64,000 nt of DNA, from positions 3,264,001-3,328,000 of the forward strand of contig OZ242008.1 of NCBI GenBank assembly GCA_965204735.1, given 5' to 3'. This DNA is from Longimicrobiales bacterium. GTDB taxonomy: Bacteria; Gemmatimonadota; Gemmatimonadetes; Longimicrobiales; Gaopeijiaceae. This document shows positions 50,424-60,814 of the stretch, piece after piece (position 1 is the stretch's first letter; each line of letters begins with the position of its first letter). Position numbers and translations under genes: made by a program. The notes beneath the pieces are model-generated. The model saw only the letters and a list, made by a program, of their open reading frames with translations, made no database searches and was not told the origin of the DNA.

Positions 50424-51154
50424 GCAACCCGCTGCTCGCCGTGCTGGCGGCGTTTTCGGCCGCGGCGGCCGTGCTCGCCGCGCGTCCCCTGGCCGCCCGG
50501 CAGCCCCCGACCGCCGCGGCGGACGATGCGGCCGTGCAGCTCCTGGAGGCGGCCGCGGAGCGGTACCGTCGGGCGCCGGCCACGTGCGCCGACTTCGAGC
50601 AGGTGGTGGACGTGCGTCTGCTGGGACGGCGCGTGGAAAGCGCGGGACGGATCTGCCAGCGGCGGCCCAACCTCTTCTCCATGCGCTTCACCGACCCCGA
50701 CGGCGACATGGTGATCTCCGACGGCGAGCACTTCTGGGTCTACTACCCGAGCCTGGACCCGTCGCAGGTGGTCCGCTACGCCGTGGCCGGCTCGCCCGGC
50801 GGCTACGACTTCCACCGGGAGTTCCTGGACGACCCCGGCGCCAAGTACGTGGTGCGCGACGGAGGCGCCGACGTCGTGGACGGCCGCGAGTGCAGGATCG
50901 TCGAGCTGGCTCCTAGGGGCGAGGCGGCCTATCGCCGCGCCCGGCTCTGGCTGGACGTGGAGGACCACCTTCTGCGCCGGACCGAGCTCCACCAGGAGAA
51001 CGGCTCCGTGCGGACCCTCACGCTCCGCAACCCGGAGCTGTCCCCGTTGCTCGACGGCGACATCTTCGCCTTCCGCGTCCCGGAGGGCGCAAGGGTGATG
51101 GACGCCCCGTCGCGCCCCGGACGACCAGCCCGCCCAGGCGCACGCGCCCCGTGA
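50420..51154 (+). CDS. lolA: Outer-membrane lipoprotein carrier LolA
   Basis: Signal peptide; ADFEQ, RPNLF and SDG..FWVYYP motifs; follows ftsK. Confidence 0.85.
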   Translation: MSNPLLAVLAAFSAAAAVLAARPLAARQPPTAAADDAAVQLLEAAAERYRRAPATCADFEQVVDVRLLGRRVESAGRICQRRPNLFSMRFTDPDGDMVISDGEHFWVYYPSLDPSQVVRYAVAGSPGGYDFHREFLDDPGAKYVVRDGGADVVDGRECRIVELAPRGEAAYRRARLWLDVEDHLLRRTELHQENGSVRTLTLRNPELSPLLDGDIFAFRVPEGARVMDAPSRPGRPARPGARAP

Positions 51155-52623
51155 GGCTGCGCACCCGAGACCTTCCCGTCTTCCCGGTGTCGCCCGGCCC
51201 GTCGGCCCGGCAGGTCCGCACGGCCGGCGCCGGCCCTTTCAGGATCGGCTCCGGGAGCGGGCCCCGCCTGGGCGTGGTCACGCTGGGCTGCGACAAGAAC
51301 ACGGTGGACTCGGAGCACATGACGGCGGCCCTCGTGTCGGCGGGCGCCCAGGTCGTGCGGGAGGTCGAGACTGCCGACGTCCTGGTCGTGAACACCTGCG
51401 GCTTCATCGAGAGCGCCAAGGAGGAGTCGATCGACGCCGTCCTGGAAGCGTGCGCCCTCAAGGAGCGCGGCCGGGTGAAGGCCGTCGTCGCCGTGGGCTG
51501 CTTGGTCCAGCGCCATCAGAGGGAGCTGGAGCCGGAGCTTCCCGAGGTGGACCTCTTCCTGGGAATCGCCGAGATGGGACGGCTGGTGCCCGAGCTGCGG
51601 GCGCGGCGGCTCCTCCCGGACGACTTCGTGCCGACGATGGAGCGGCCGCTCCGGATACTCTCCTCCGAGAACCGCCACAGCGCCTTCCTCAAGGTCAGCG
51701 AGGGCTGCGACCACACGTGCGCGTTCTGCGCCATCCCCCACATGCGGGGGCTTCATCGCTCCGCGCCGCTGGCGGAGCTGGTCGCCGAGGCGCGGGCGCT
51801 GGCGGAGCAAGGCGCGCGGGAACTCAACCTGGTCTCCCAGGACACGACCTGGTACGGGCGGGACCTGCGCCGGCGCGACAAGTCGGCGCCCCTCCTGCCG
51901 GACCTCCTGGCGGCGCTGCTCGACGGCACGGACGTGGAGTGGTTCCGGCTCTTCTACATGTACCCGTCGGGGATCACTCGAAAGCTGGCCGAGCTGATCT
52001 CCCGCGAGCCCCGCCTCGTGCCCTACCTCGACATGCCGCTGCAGCACGGGAGCGACCGGGTGCTCGCGCGGATGCGCCGGCCCGAGCGCCGGGCCTCGAT
52101 CCGGGAGCGGGTGGCTTGGCTGCGGGACCGCATCGACGGCCTGGCCCTGCGCACCACGGTCGTCGTGGGCTTCCCGGGCGAGACCGAAGACGACTTCAGG
52201 GCGATGCTCGACCTGCTGGAGGAGCTGCGCTTCGATCGGGTCGGCGCCTTCGCCTACTCCTTGGAGGAAGGCACGCTGGCGGCGAAGATGCCCGACCAGG
52301 TTCCCGCCGCGGTGGCGGCCGAGCGGCTGGAACGGCTGGAGGACCACCAGCGCGGAGCGTCGTACGAGGCGAACCTTGCCCTCGTGGGGCGCCGGCTGCC
52401 GGTGCTGGTGGACTCGGCGACGCCGTCGGGCGGCGGCGGCGCCGAAAGCGTGAACGGGGAAGGAGAGTGGGACGCCGTGGGCCGCACGTGGGGACAGGGC
52501 CCCCAGGTGGACGGTCGGACGTTCCTGGCCGGCGCCGAGGGCGCGCGGCCCGGCGAGATCGTGGTCGCCGAGATCGTCGGCGCCGGAGAGGACGACCTGG
52601 AGGGAGTGGTCGCGGCGCCCTGA
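51151..52623 (+). CDS. rimO: Ribosomal protein S12 methylthiotransferase
   Basis: LGCDKNTVDSE, NTCGFI..AKEES, GCDHTCAFCAIP and SQDTT.YG motifs; TRAM domain. Confidence 0.95.
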   Translation: MRLRTRDLPVFPVSPGPSARQVRTAGAGPFRIGSGSGPRLGVVTLGCDKNTVDSEHMTAALVSAGAQVVREVETADVLVVNTCGFIESAKEESIDAVLEACALKERGRVKAVVAVGCLVQRHQRELEPELPEVDLFLGIAEMGRLVPELRARRLLPDDFVPTMERPLRILSSENRHSAFLKVSEGCDHTCAFCAIPHMRGLHRSAPLAELVAEARALAEQGARELNLVSQDTTWYGRDLRRRDKSAPLLPDLLAALLDGTDVEWFRLFYMYPSGITRKLAELISREPRLVPYLDMPLQHGSDRVLARMRRPERRASIRERVAWLRDRIDGLALRTTVVVGFPGETEDDFRAMLDLLEELRFDRVGAFAYSLEEGTLAAKMPDQVPAAVAAERLERLEDHQRGASYEANLALVGRRLPVLVDSATPSGGGGAESVNGEGEWDAVGRTWGQGPQVDGRTFLAGAEGARPGEIVVAEIVGAGEDDLEGVVAAP

Positions 52624-52639
52624 CCACGCGACAGGGCCG

Positions 52640-53917
52640 TCAAGGCTCTCCCGGGCCGCGCGGCCGACCTTCGGGCTGCAGGAGCTTCAGCGCCATTTCC
52701 GCCGTCCGGGCCGAGCTGCCCCGGTTCTTCTCGAACGCTCGCCGGGCGCCGGCGGCGACGGCTTCGGCGGCGGCGGGTTCGGCCAGCCACTCTCCGATCA
52801 CCCTCATGGGGTCGCCGCTGACCGCGACTCCGCCCACGTCCAGCAGCTCCTGCACGACGCCCTCGAAGTGCTCCCAGTGGGGGCCGACGACGGCGGGCTT
52901 GCCCAGCGCCAGAGGCTCCAGCGGGTTGGAGCCCCCCATGGGAACGAGCGTTCGGCCCACGAACACGGCGTCGGCGAGCAGGTAGGCGTCGGCAAGCTCT
53001 CCCAGGGTGTCCAGGAGGAAGACGCCCCCGTTCCGCGAGGAGTCCGAGCCGGCCTCCGGGCGACGGCTTCGCCGAGCGATTCCCGGCCGCAGGGCCGCCA
53101 CCTCGTCCCAGCGGTTCGGGTCCCGGGGGGCCAGCAGGAGCTGACACCCGGCGGGAAGGTCTTCGAGGAGCCGCCTCTCTTCCCCCGGCCCCGTGGAGCC
53201 CGCCACGACCAGGGGCCGCGTCCGGTCGATCCCCAGCGCCGTCGCCAGCCGCTCGGCGGCCTCCGGGTCGGGCGCGCGGAGCGCCGCGTCCCACTTGAGG
53301 CTGCCCGTCGCAACCGCCCGGTCGGGCGGGACGCCCATCGCCACGAAGCGGCGCCGGTACGTCTCCGTCTGCGCCGCCACGAACGACAGCCCGGCGAAGA
53401 GCCGGCGAACCAGGAGCCGCCCCGCCCGGTATCCTCGGTAGCTCCGCGCCGACAAGCGGCCGTTCACCACGCAGACGGGAACGCCCCGGCGGGCGCACTC
53501 GGTCACGAGGGTCGGCCACAGCTCCAGCTCGCCCAGCGCGACCAGCCGGGGGCGGACGGCGTCCAGGAAGCGTCGCGCCGTCCGCGTGAAGTCCAGCGGG
53601 AAGCGAACGACCTCTCGCCGACGCCCGTGGAGCTGGCCCGCCCGGGCGAAGCCCGTCTCGGTGGCCGCGCTCACCACCACGTCCGGCTCGCAGGGCGATG
53701 CGGCCAGCGCGTCCACGAACGGCGCCAGGGCGTTGGTCTCGCCGACGCTCACCCCGTGCACCAGCACGCGGGGTCCCGGCGCCCGCCGCGGAACCGAACC
53801 GACGTCGCCGTCCCGGTCGCGCCAACCTGCCGGCCAAGCTCCCGTCGCCGCCCGCGTCCGCGCGCAGTGGGCGACCAGCCCGACGCCCAGGACGAGATCG
53901 CGAAGCACTCCGGTCAT
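52640..53917 (-). CDS. waaA: 3-deoxy-D-manno-octulosonic acid transferase
   Basis: HGVSVGE, PLD, E.ELWP, NGRLS, GSLKWD, AGST, DTLGEL and GG.NPLEP motifs. Confidence 0.92.
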   Translation of the reverse strand: MTGVLRDLVLGVGLVAHCARTRAATGAWPAGWRDRDGDVGSVPRRAPGPRVLVHGVSVGETNALAPFVDALAASPCEPDVVVSAATETGFARAGQLHGRRREVVRFPLDFTRTARRFLDAVRPRLVALGELELWPTLVTECARRGVPVCVVNGRLSARSYRGYRAGRLLVRRLFAGLSFVAAQTETYRRRFVAMGVPPDRAVATGSLKWDAALRAPDPEAAERLATALGIDRTRPLVVAGSTGPGEERRLLEDLPAGCQLLLAPRDPNRWDEVAALRPGIARRSRRPEAGSDSSRNGGVFLLDTLGELADAYLLADAVFVGRTLVPMGGSNPLEPLALGKPAVVGPHWEHFEGVVQELLDVGGVAVSGDPMRVIGEWLAEPAAAEAVAAGARRAFEKNRGSSARTAEMALKLLQPEGRPRGPGEP

Positions 53918-53942
53918 CTGCTAGGCGCTCGCTTTCTTCAAG

Positions 53943-55088
53943 ATGGGCCAGGCAAATGATAACCTTCATCCCATGATTCCCCGACACGCTCGCGCCATCC
54001 TCGTGGTCCGCCTGTCGGCCCGGGGCGACTTGGTCTTCGCTTCGCCGCTGGCCCGCGCCCTTCGACGGCGCTTCCCCGAGGCGCGCATCGCCTGGGCGGC
54101 CGAGGAGCGCGCCGCCGACGTCGTGCGCCACCACCCCTGCTTGGACGAAGTGATCGTTTGGGAGCGGATCGCATGGAAGCGGATGCTGCTGCGGGGACGC
54201 TGGAGCGCCTTGGCGCAGGCCGCCGCCGACTTCGTCCAGCTCCTCCGCGACCGGCGCTTCGACGCCGTCGTCGACGCTCAAGGACTCCTTCGCACCGGCC
54301 TTCTCGCCTTCTTGACGGGGGCGCCGGTCCGGATCGGGCTGGGCTCCCGGGAGGGCTCCCGCATCTTCATGACGCACTTCGTGGAGCGCGCGGGCGAGCC
54401 CCGCAAGATCGCCTCGGAGTACGCTCACCTGGCCTCGGTCCTGGGACTTCCCACGGAACCGTTCCCGCTGGAGGTCGCCCGCAGCCCCCTGGAGACGGCG
54501 TCGGCGCGCGAGCTGCTCGCGGAGGCGGGCCTGGCGCCGGCGGACGGCACGGCCCGGCACGCCGGCTTCGTCGCCGCCTGTCCGTTCACCACCCGTTTCT
54601 ACAAGCACTGGCTCGAGGACCGTTGGTCGCGCCTGATTCGACTCCTCCCCGAGCGCACCGGGCTCGGCGTGGTCCTTCTCGGCGGTCCCGGCGACCGGGC
54701 CGCGGCGGACCGGATGCTGGGCGCGTCGCCCGCGCCGCCCGTCGTGGACCTGGTGGGCCGCACCACGCTGGCCGAGGCGTCCGCCGTGGTGGCCGCGTGC
54801 AGCGTCCTGGTCGGCGTGGACACCGGACTCTCCCACATGGCCCACGCCTACCGCCGCCCGGCCGTGTTGCTTTTCGGCTCGAACACTCCCTACCTGGATC
54901 CGCCCGGCGCCTCGGTCTCGATACTCCACTCCGGGCGGTCCTGCTCTCCCTGCCGGGGGAAGCTGGTGTGCGACGGACGGATCGAGTGCATGTCCGACCT
55001 TTCCGTCGAATCCGTCCTGGCGGAGGTCGAGGCGCGCCTGGCGGCCGTCCCCCGTCCCCGCTCCCACTCGTCGAAGGCAGCCTCATGA
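53943..55088 (+). CDS. Glycosyltransferase family 9 (heptosyltransferase)
   Basis: VRLSARGD, DAQGLLRT, KHW, LVGRTTL and DTGLSH motifs; start may be ATG 53973. Confidence 0.9.
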   Translation: MGQANDNLHPMIPRHARAILVVRLSARGDLVFASPLARALRRRFPEARIAWAAEERAADVVRHHPCLDEVIVWERIAWKRMLLRGRWSALAQAAADFVQLLRDRRFDAVVDAQGLLRTGLLAFLTGAPVRIGLGSREGSRIFMTHFVERAGEPRKIASEYAHLASVLGLPTEPFPLEVARSPLETASARELLAEAGLAPADGTARHAGFVAACPFTTRFYKHWLEDRWSRLIRLLPERTGLGVVLLGGPGDRAAADRMLGASPAPPVVDLVGRTTLAEASAVVAACSVLVGVDTGLSHMAHAYRRPAVLLFGSNTPYLDPPGASVSILHSGRSCSPCRGKLVCDGRIECMSDLSVESVLAEVEARLAAVPRPRSHSSKAAS

Positions 55089-56368
55089 CCATCGTTCACG
55101 TCGAGACCGGCCGTCGCTTCTACGGCGGCGCGCTGCAAGTGCTGTACCTGATGCGCGGCCTCATCCGAAGGGGCGTGCCGAGCTTGCTGCTCGCGCCCAA
55201 GGGCTCCCAGATCGCCGCCGAGGCTCGGGCTTGGAAGCTGCCGACGGAAGACTTCCGCTTCCGGGGAGAGGCGGACTTCACCGCCGTCTGGCGCATGAAG
55301 CGACGGTTCCTGAACGCCGGCGCGATCCTGGTCCACGTCCACTCCCGGCGAGGCGGCGACGCCTTCGGCGGCTTTGCGGCCGGGCGGGCCAAGGTCCCCA
55401 CGGTCCTGACCCGCCGGGTCGACAACTCGGAGCTTGCCTGGGTCGCCCGCCGCAAGTACGCCGTCTACGATCACGTGGTGGCGATATCGGAAGCGGTGCG
55501 GCGCGTCCTGGCGGACAACGGCGTCCCGTCGGAAAAGACTTCGCTCGTGCCGTCGGCGGTCGACGTCTCCGAGTGGCAGAGCCCCCGGACCCGGAGTTCG
55601 CTGAACCGAGAGTTCGACTTGGTCCCCGGCGCGCCCGCAGCCGCCATGGTGGCCCAGTTCATCCCCCGGAAGGGGCACCGGGAGCTGGTGGAGGCGCTGA
55701 CCTTCCTTCGGTGGCGCACCAAGCGAGACGCCCGCGACCGGGCAAGGGGGCGGCGGACCGCCGCCGACCGCCGTCGATCCAGCAAGCCGAGCCGAGCCGT
55801 GGGCCGGCGCCGGGCCGCCGAGCAGAACGGCAACGACCCCCAGGCGCTGGTGCAGCGGCGTCTTCCCACGGTCGTGCTCTTCGGCCAAGGTCCTCTCCGG
55901 AACACCGTGGCCGGCTTTGCCGAGAGAGCCGGCGTGAGCGACCTGCTGCGCTTCGCCGGCTACAGGAACGACCTGCCGAAGTGGCTGGGGGCGTTCGACT
56001 TCCTCGTTCACCCCGCGACGGCCGAGGGCTTGGGCGTGGCAGTTCTTCAGGCGTCCGCGGCGGGGCTTCCCGTGGTCGCTTCCAAGGCCGGGGGACTGCC
56101 CGAAGTCGTCGAGGACGGGGAAACCGGATTCCTCTTCAAGTCGGGTGACGTCGGCGAGCTGGCGGGAAACCTCTCCGCCATGTCGAGCGCCCAGGCGCGC
56201 GTTCCGACTCGCGAGATGGGCCGCAGAGGCCGTCGCCGGGTCCAGAAGCTGTTCTCGGTGGACTCGATGGTGAACGGCTACCTGGACGTGTACCGCTCCG
56301 TCCTCGGTCCCGAGTGGCGAGGACCCAACGCCGACCGGTCGCGGCCGCGGCTGGCGTTGGTGCCGTGA
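55085..56368 (+). CDS. Glycosyltransferase family 4
   Basis: YGGALQV, HVHS, TRRVD, RKGH and EGLGVAVLQA motifs; carries an Arg-rich insertion. Confidence 0.85.
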   Translation: MTIVHVETGRRFYGGALQVLYLMRGLIRRGVPSLLLAPKGSQIAAEARAWKLPTEDFRFRGEADFTAVWRMKRRFLNAGAILVHVHSRRGGDAFGGFAAGRAKVPTVLTRRVDNSELAWVARRKYAVYDHVVAISEAVRRVLADNGVPSEKTSLVPSAVDVSEWQSPRTRSSLNREFDLVPGAPAAAMVAQFIPRKGHRELVEALTFLRWRTKRDARDRARGRRTAADRRRSSKPSRAVGRRRAAEQNGNDPQALVQRRLPTVVLFGQGPLRNTVAGFAERAGVSDLLRFAGYRNDLPKWLGAFDFLVHPATAEGLGVAVLQASAAGLPVVASKAGGLPEVVEDGETGFLFKSGDVGELAGNLSAMSSAQARVPTREMGRRGRRRVQKLFSVDSMVNGYLDVYRSVLGPEWRGPNADRSRPRLALVP

Positions 56369-57246
56369 AGCCGTTCGTCTCGGTGATCCTCAGCACCTAC
56401 CAGTCCCCGGCGTGGCTGGAGAAGGTCCTGTGGGGATACGCCGTCCAGAGCCGCCGGGAGTTCGAGCTCGTCGTGGCCGACGACGGATCCTCTCCCGAAA
56501 CCGCCCAGCTTCTGGACCGCTTCCGGGACTCGGGGCTTGCGCTGCGCCACGTCTGGCAGCCCGACCGCGGCTTCCGAAAGTGCCGCGTGCTCAACAGGGC
56601 GGTCGAGGCGTCTCGGGGCGACTACCTGGTCTTCTCCGACGGCGACTGCATTCCGCGAGCCGACTTCCTGGCGGTGCACGCCGGGACGGCTCGGAAGGGC
56701 CGCTTCCTCTCCGGCGGCTGCGCCAGGCTCTCGAGGGCGGCCAGCGTGGCCGTCGCGCGGTCGGACGTGCTGGCGCAGCGCGTCTTCTCCCCGAGATGGG
56801 TCCGAGCGCACGGCGGCTGCGACTTCAAGTCGGCGGCCAAGCTGGCCGTTCCACGCCTCGGCGCTCCGATCGCCGACCGCCTCACCACGACTCGCCCGAG
56901 CTGGAACGGGGGCAACGCCTCCGCTTGGCGGGAAGACGTGCTCGCCGCCAACGGCTTCGACGAGCGCATGGGCTACGGCGGGGAAGACCGGGAGTTCGGC
57001 GAGCGACTGGAGAACGCCGGCGTCCGGGGAACGCAGATCCGCTACCGGGCCATTTGCGCGCACCTGGAGCACGACCGGGGATACGCGCGCCCCGACGCCC
57101 TGACCCGAAACAAGGCGATCCGGCGGCGAACCCGATCCCAGCGCCGCACCGCGACCCTGCACGGGATCCGCCGTTCCGACCGGCGCCGCCCGCCGCGGGC
57201 CCGACCGAAGCCTGCCGGGCAGGAGCAGGAGCGCGCCCACCGATGA
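56365..57246 (+). CDS. Glycosyltransferase family 2
   Basis: SVILSTY, VADDGS, FSDGDC and NGFDE...YGGED motifs. Confidence 0.9.
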   Translation: MKPFVSVILSTYQSPAWLEKVLWGYAVQSRREFELVVADDGSSPETAQLLDRFRDSGLALRHVWQPDRGFRKCRVLNRAVEASRGDYLVFSDGDCIPRADFLAVHAGTARKGRFLSGGCARLSRAASVAVARSDVLAQRVFSPRWVRAHGGCDFKSAAKLAVPRLGAPIADRLTTTRPSWNGGNASAWREDVLAANGFDERMGYGGEDREFGERLENAGVRGTQIRYRAICAHLEHDRGYARPDALTRNKAIRRRTRSQRRTATLHGIRRSDRRRPPRARPKPAGQEQERAHR

Positions 57247-58379
57247 CCCGCCTCCGATCGTTCCGCGACGAGTTTCCCGTCGCGCGCAACTTCGTCTTCC
57301 TGAACCACGCCGGCGTCGGTCCCACCTCCACGAGGGTCGTGAACGCCGTCCACCGCTTCATGGACTCCCTCGCCACCACGGGCCGGCCGTGCTTCGAGGA
57401 GTGGGAAGCCCTGGCCGACGAGTGTCGATCCCGCTTCGCCCGCCTCGTGGGGGCCTCGCCGGACGAGATCGCCTTCGTCCGCAACACGTCCCACGGGCTC
57501 TCGCTGCTGGCGTCGGGACTGGACTGGCGGCCGGGCGACAGGGTGACGGTCTCCACCGCCCTCGAGTACCCGTCCAACGTCTACCCGTGGATGGACCTGG
57601 AGCGGCGGGGGATCGCCGCCCTGGACCGCATCGAGGAGGACGAAGGCGCCGTGACTCCCGAGTCGGCGGCGGCGGCGATGAGGCCCGGCACGAGGGTGCT
57701 GGCCGTGAGCTCGGCCCAGTACGCCACCGGGGCGGTCACCGACTTGGCGGAACTCGGCGCCCTCTGCCGCGCGCGGGGAGCGCTGCTGTGCGTGGACGGC
57801 ATCCAGACGGTCGGCGCCCTGCCGCTGGACGTGAAGGAGGCAGGCGTCCACTTCCTCTCCGCCGACAGCCACAAGTGGATGCTGGGCATGATGGGAATCG
57901 GCGCCGTCTTCGTGGATCGCTCGATCGCGACCCGCGTCCATCCGCCTCTGCTGGGGTGGCGAAGCACCACCGAGGCCTTCGACTTCGACCGGGTCCACTT
58001 CGAGCTCCGGGACACGGCAGGCCGCTTCGAGGAGGGAAGCCTTGCCTACCCGTTGATCGCCGGCTTCTCGGAAGCGCTGGCCATCTTGGAGGAGGCGGGG
58101 GTCGAAGCGGTCGCGGCCCACGTGGCGGAGCTGGTGGGGACGTTGGCGGCGCGCTTGGAGGAGCTTGGGTGCGAAACGGGCCCGACGGCGGCGCGGAGGC
58201 GCCACATCCTGATGTTCCGCCACCCCCGGGTCGACGTGCAGCGGCTGGCGGAAGGGCTCGCGGAGCGACGCGTGGTGGCGTCCCTGCGCCGGGGCTGGAT
58301 ACGCGCCTCGCCCCACTTGTACAACACGCGGGAGGAGATGGAGCAGGTGGCCGAGGCGGTGCGGGAGGCGCTGCCCTAG
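57243..58379 (+). CDS. Aminotransferase class V PLP enzyme
   Basis: [30 protein letters not shown] and SPHLYN motifs. Confidence 0.88.
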   Translation: MTRLRSFRDEFPVARNFVFLNHAGVGPTSTRVVNAVHRFMDSLATTGRPCFEEWEALADECRSRFARLVGASPDEIAFVRNTSHGLSLLASGLDWRPGDRVTVSTALEYPSNVYPWMDLERRGIAALDRIEEDEGAVTPESAAAAMRPGTRVLAVSSAQYATGAVTDLAELGALCRARGALLCVDGIQTVGALPLDVKEAGVHFLSADSHKWMLGMMGIGAVFVDRSIATRVHPPLLGWRSTTEAFDFDRVHFELRDTAGRFEEGSLAYPLIAGFSEALAILEEAGVEAVAAHVAELVGTLAARLEELGCETGPTAARRRHILMFRHPRVDVQRLAEGLAERRVVASLRRGWIRASPHLYNTREEMEQVAEAVREALP

Positions 58380-59428
58380 CCGTCCTGCCGGAAGCGGTCG
58401 ATCACGGCGACGCCGACGAGGTCGTGGCCGTCCATTCCCTTCAGGACTTCCACGCCCTCCTCCAGGGAGACCGTCCGGGTCACCAGGCGGTCCGGCTCCA
58501 CGAAGCCCGTCGCGATCATGCGCAGCATCCGATCGTACTCGTGGGCCTGCATCCCGTGGGTGCCCACGATCTCCAGCTCCCAGCCGATCACTCGGTCCAT
58601 CGGCACGCGGGGGTGACGGTGCTCGCCGGTCGTGAGGCCCGCCTGGACGTGGCGTCCTCGCCTCCGCAGGCAGGCGACCGAGTTGAAGCAGGTGTCGGGG
58701 TGGCCCAAGGCGTCCAGCGACATGTGGGCTCCGCCGCCGGTCAGCTCCCGCACCTCTCCTGCCACGTCGGGAGAGCAGGACGCGTCCACGGCGGCCGTCG
58801 CCCCCACCTTCCTTGCCATCTCCAGCGCTTCCTGGCGGATGTCCACCGCGACCACGGCCGCTCCCAGCGCCGACGCGACCATCACCGCCGCCAGCCCGAC
58901 CCCGCCGCACCCGTGCACGGCCACCCAGTCGCCCCCCGAGACCCGGCCCTGAGCCCGCACCGCGCGAAACGCCGTGGCAAAGCGGCAACCCAGGCTGGCC
59001 GCTGTCACGAAGCCCACGTCGTCGGGGAGGGGCACCAGCGTCAGATCGGCGTGGCGCAGCGCCACCCGCTCCGCGAACCCGCCCCATCCGTGAAAGCCCG
59101 GCTGGAACTGGCGTCGGCACACCTGCTGGTCGCCGGCGCGACAGTGGGCGCACCGCCCGCACCCGGCGATGAACGGCACCGACACGCGCGCGCCTCTCCG
59201 CCAGCGGGTCACGTCCTTCCCCACCTCCTCCACCACGCCGGCGATCTCGTGGCCGGGCACGTGGGGCAGCACGATGTCCGGGTCGTGGCCGACCCACCCG
59301 TGCCAGTCGCTTCGGCAGACGCCGTTGGCTTCGACGCGCAGCACCACGCCGTCGGGCGTCGGCTCCGGATCGGGGAGGGTCTCGATGGCGATCGGCCCCC
59401 GGTACTCCCTGTAGATCGCCGCCTTCAC
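58376..59428 (-). CDS. Zinc-dependent alcohol dehydrogenase
   Basis: [20 protein letters not shown] and GCGGVG motifs. Confidence 0.92.
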   Translation of the reverse strand: MKAAIYREYRGPIAIETLPDPEPTPDGVVLRVEANGVCRSDWHGWVGHDPDIVLPHVPGHEIAGVVEEVGKDVTRWRRGARVSVPFIAGCGRCAHCRAGDQQVCRRQFQPGFHGWGGFAERVALRHADLTLVPLPDDVGFVTAASLGCRFATAFRAVRAQGRVSGGDWVAVHGCGGVGLAAVMVASALGAAVVAVDIRQEALEMARKVGATAAVDASCSPDVAGEVRELTGGGAHMSLDALGHPDTCFNSVACLRRRGRHVQAGLTTGEHRHPRVPMDRVIGWELEIVGTHGMQAHEYDRMLRMIATGFVEPDRLVTRTVSLEEGVEVLKGMDGHDLVGVAVIDRFRQDG

Positions 59429-59601
59429 GGGCGACTCCTTCCTCTTCGCGGCGCAGGCTCTTCCCTTGCGCGAGGATTAGTGACAGATTCACAAGTCCGG
59501 GTCGTGCCGCAGCGCCGCACCGGCAGCCGCTGTTTCCACTCGCCTTCGACCCGCCCGTAGCGCACAGAGACGGGCAAGCCAAACCCACCAGGAGAAGTTG
59601 C

Positions 59602-59898
59602 GTGAACAAGACCCAGATGGCCAAGGAGCTCGCCAGCCAAGTCGAGGACCTGACCCAAGCCGGAGCCGGAGAGATCATCGACGCCCTCTTCGACCCGACC
59701 GACGGGATCATCGCAACCGAGCTCGCCACGGCGGGGACGGACCAAAAGGTCTCGATCGGTGGCTTCGGCACCTTCGAGGTGCGGGAGCGGTCGGCGCGGA
59801 CTGCCCGCAACCCGCGCACCGGCGAGACGGTCCACGTGCCGGCGCGGAAGCACCCCGCCTTCAAGGCCGCCAAGGCGCTGAAGGACTGCGTCGCGTAG
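59602..59898 (+). CDS. hup: HU family DNA-binding protein
   Basis: MNK, GFGTFEVRER.AR.ARNPRTGE and PAFKAAKALKD motifs. Confidence 0.95.
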   Translation: MNKTQMAKELASQVEDLTQAGAGEIIDALFDPTDGIIATELATAGTDQKVSIGGFGTFEVRERSARTARNPRTGETVHVPARKHPAFKAAKALKDCVA

Positions 59899-60041
59899 CA
59901 ACCACCGCCTCGGCGCCAAGAGCCGGAGCGCCCTCTCGGCACCCCGCCTGCGCGGGTTCGCGGCGTGAACACCTTTTCTGCGGCGCCGCGTAGGGAAGGA
60001 CACGGAAGTCGCGAGGATGTCTTCGGAGTTGGGAGGAAGCG

Positions 60042-60308
60042 GTGAACGAACACTTTGCGCCCGCTCTCGTGGGCGAGGTGGTGGTCCTGGTCTTGGCCGT
60101 CGGCTTGGTGTGGGTCGTCTTCCGCGAGGTCGCCCGGGTCGCCCTCAAGGTGCTCTTGCCGGCGGGCGTTCTGGTCGGCGTGGCCGTGTGGCTCGGATGG
60201 CTCGACCAGACGATGTTGGGCAACACCCTGGTCGCCGTGGGCGACGGCGTGATGAACGGCATTCGCAGCGTCGCCGACTGGGTGGTGGCCAGAACCTCGT
60301 CCGGCTGA
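60042..60308 (+). CDS. Small membrane hypothetical protein
   Basis: RBS GGGAGG; two TM segments plus an amphipathic helix. Confidence 0.6.
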   Translation: MNEHFAPALVGEVVVLVLAVGLVWVVFREVARVALKVLLPAGVLVGVAVWLGWLDQTMLGNTLVAVGDGVMNGIRSVADWVVARTSSG

Positions 60309-60814
60309 TTCCGCTCGGCGCTGCGCTGGCGGCGGGTTGCGCCGGAGGACCGACCGGCGGTCCCCTGGACCGTTCGGGCAAGCACGCGCCGCCCTCGATC
60401 GGCAGAAGCGCCGGAAGCGCGCCTTTCAGCCGGGAAGTCGATCCCCCGATCCCCGATCCCGTTGGCGTCTATGCGGTCGTCCTCTCCGCCAGCCACATGG
60501 TGTCGGAAGGCACGATGGAGATCTCGGGCGAGACCGGGGCCTACCTGGGACGCATCTCCGTCGGGGGCGTCGTCGCGGTCGTTCGGCGGGTCGAGACCGG
60601 TCCGGGCCACATGCGCATCGAGGCGGACACCGACAGGGGAAGGTTGGTGCTGCGGCTGGCGGGCGACGGAGGCTACTTCGCCGGCAATTGGATCCTGGGC
60701 GTCCAGCGGGGCACCGTCGTCGCGGAGAAGCCCCTGCCCTACCGGAGAGAAGCCGGTCCCGTCTCCACCGGCAGGTCGTCCCGGCCCCCCCACTCGGCCC
60801 ACGAACCGTCGTAG
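60305..60814 (+). CDS. Hypothetical lipoprotein-like protein (start unclear)
   Basis: LAAGC lipobox and beta-rich body; no ATG/GTG/TTG near the signal region. Confidence 0.4.
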   Translation: MIPLGAALAAGCAGGPTGGPLDRSGKHAPPSIGRSAGSAPFSREVDPPIPDPVGVYAVVLSASHMVSEGTMEISGETGAYLGRISVGGVVAVVRRVETGPGHMRIEADTDRGRLVLRLAGDGGYFAGNWILGVQRGTVVAEKPLPYRREAGPVSTGRSSRPPHSAHEPS

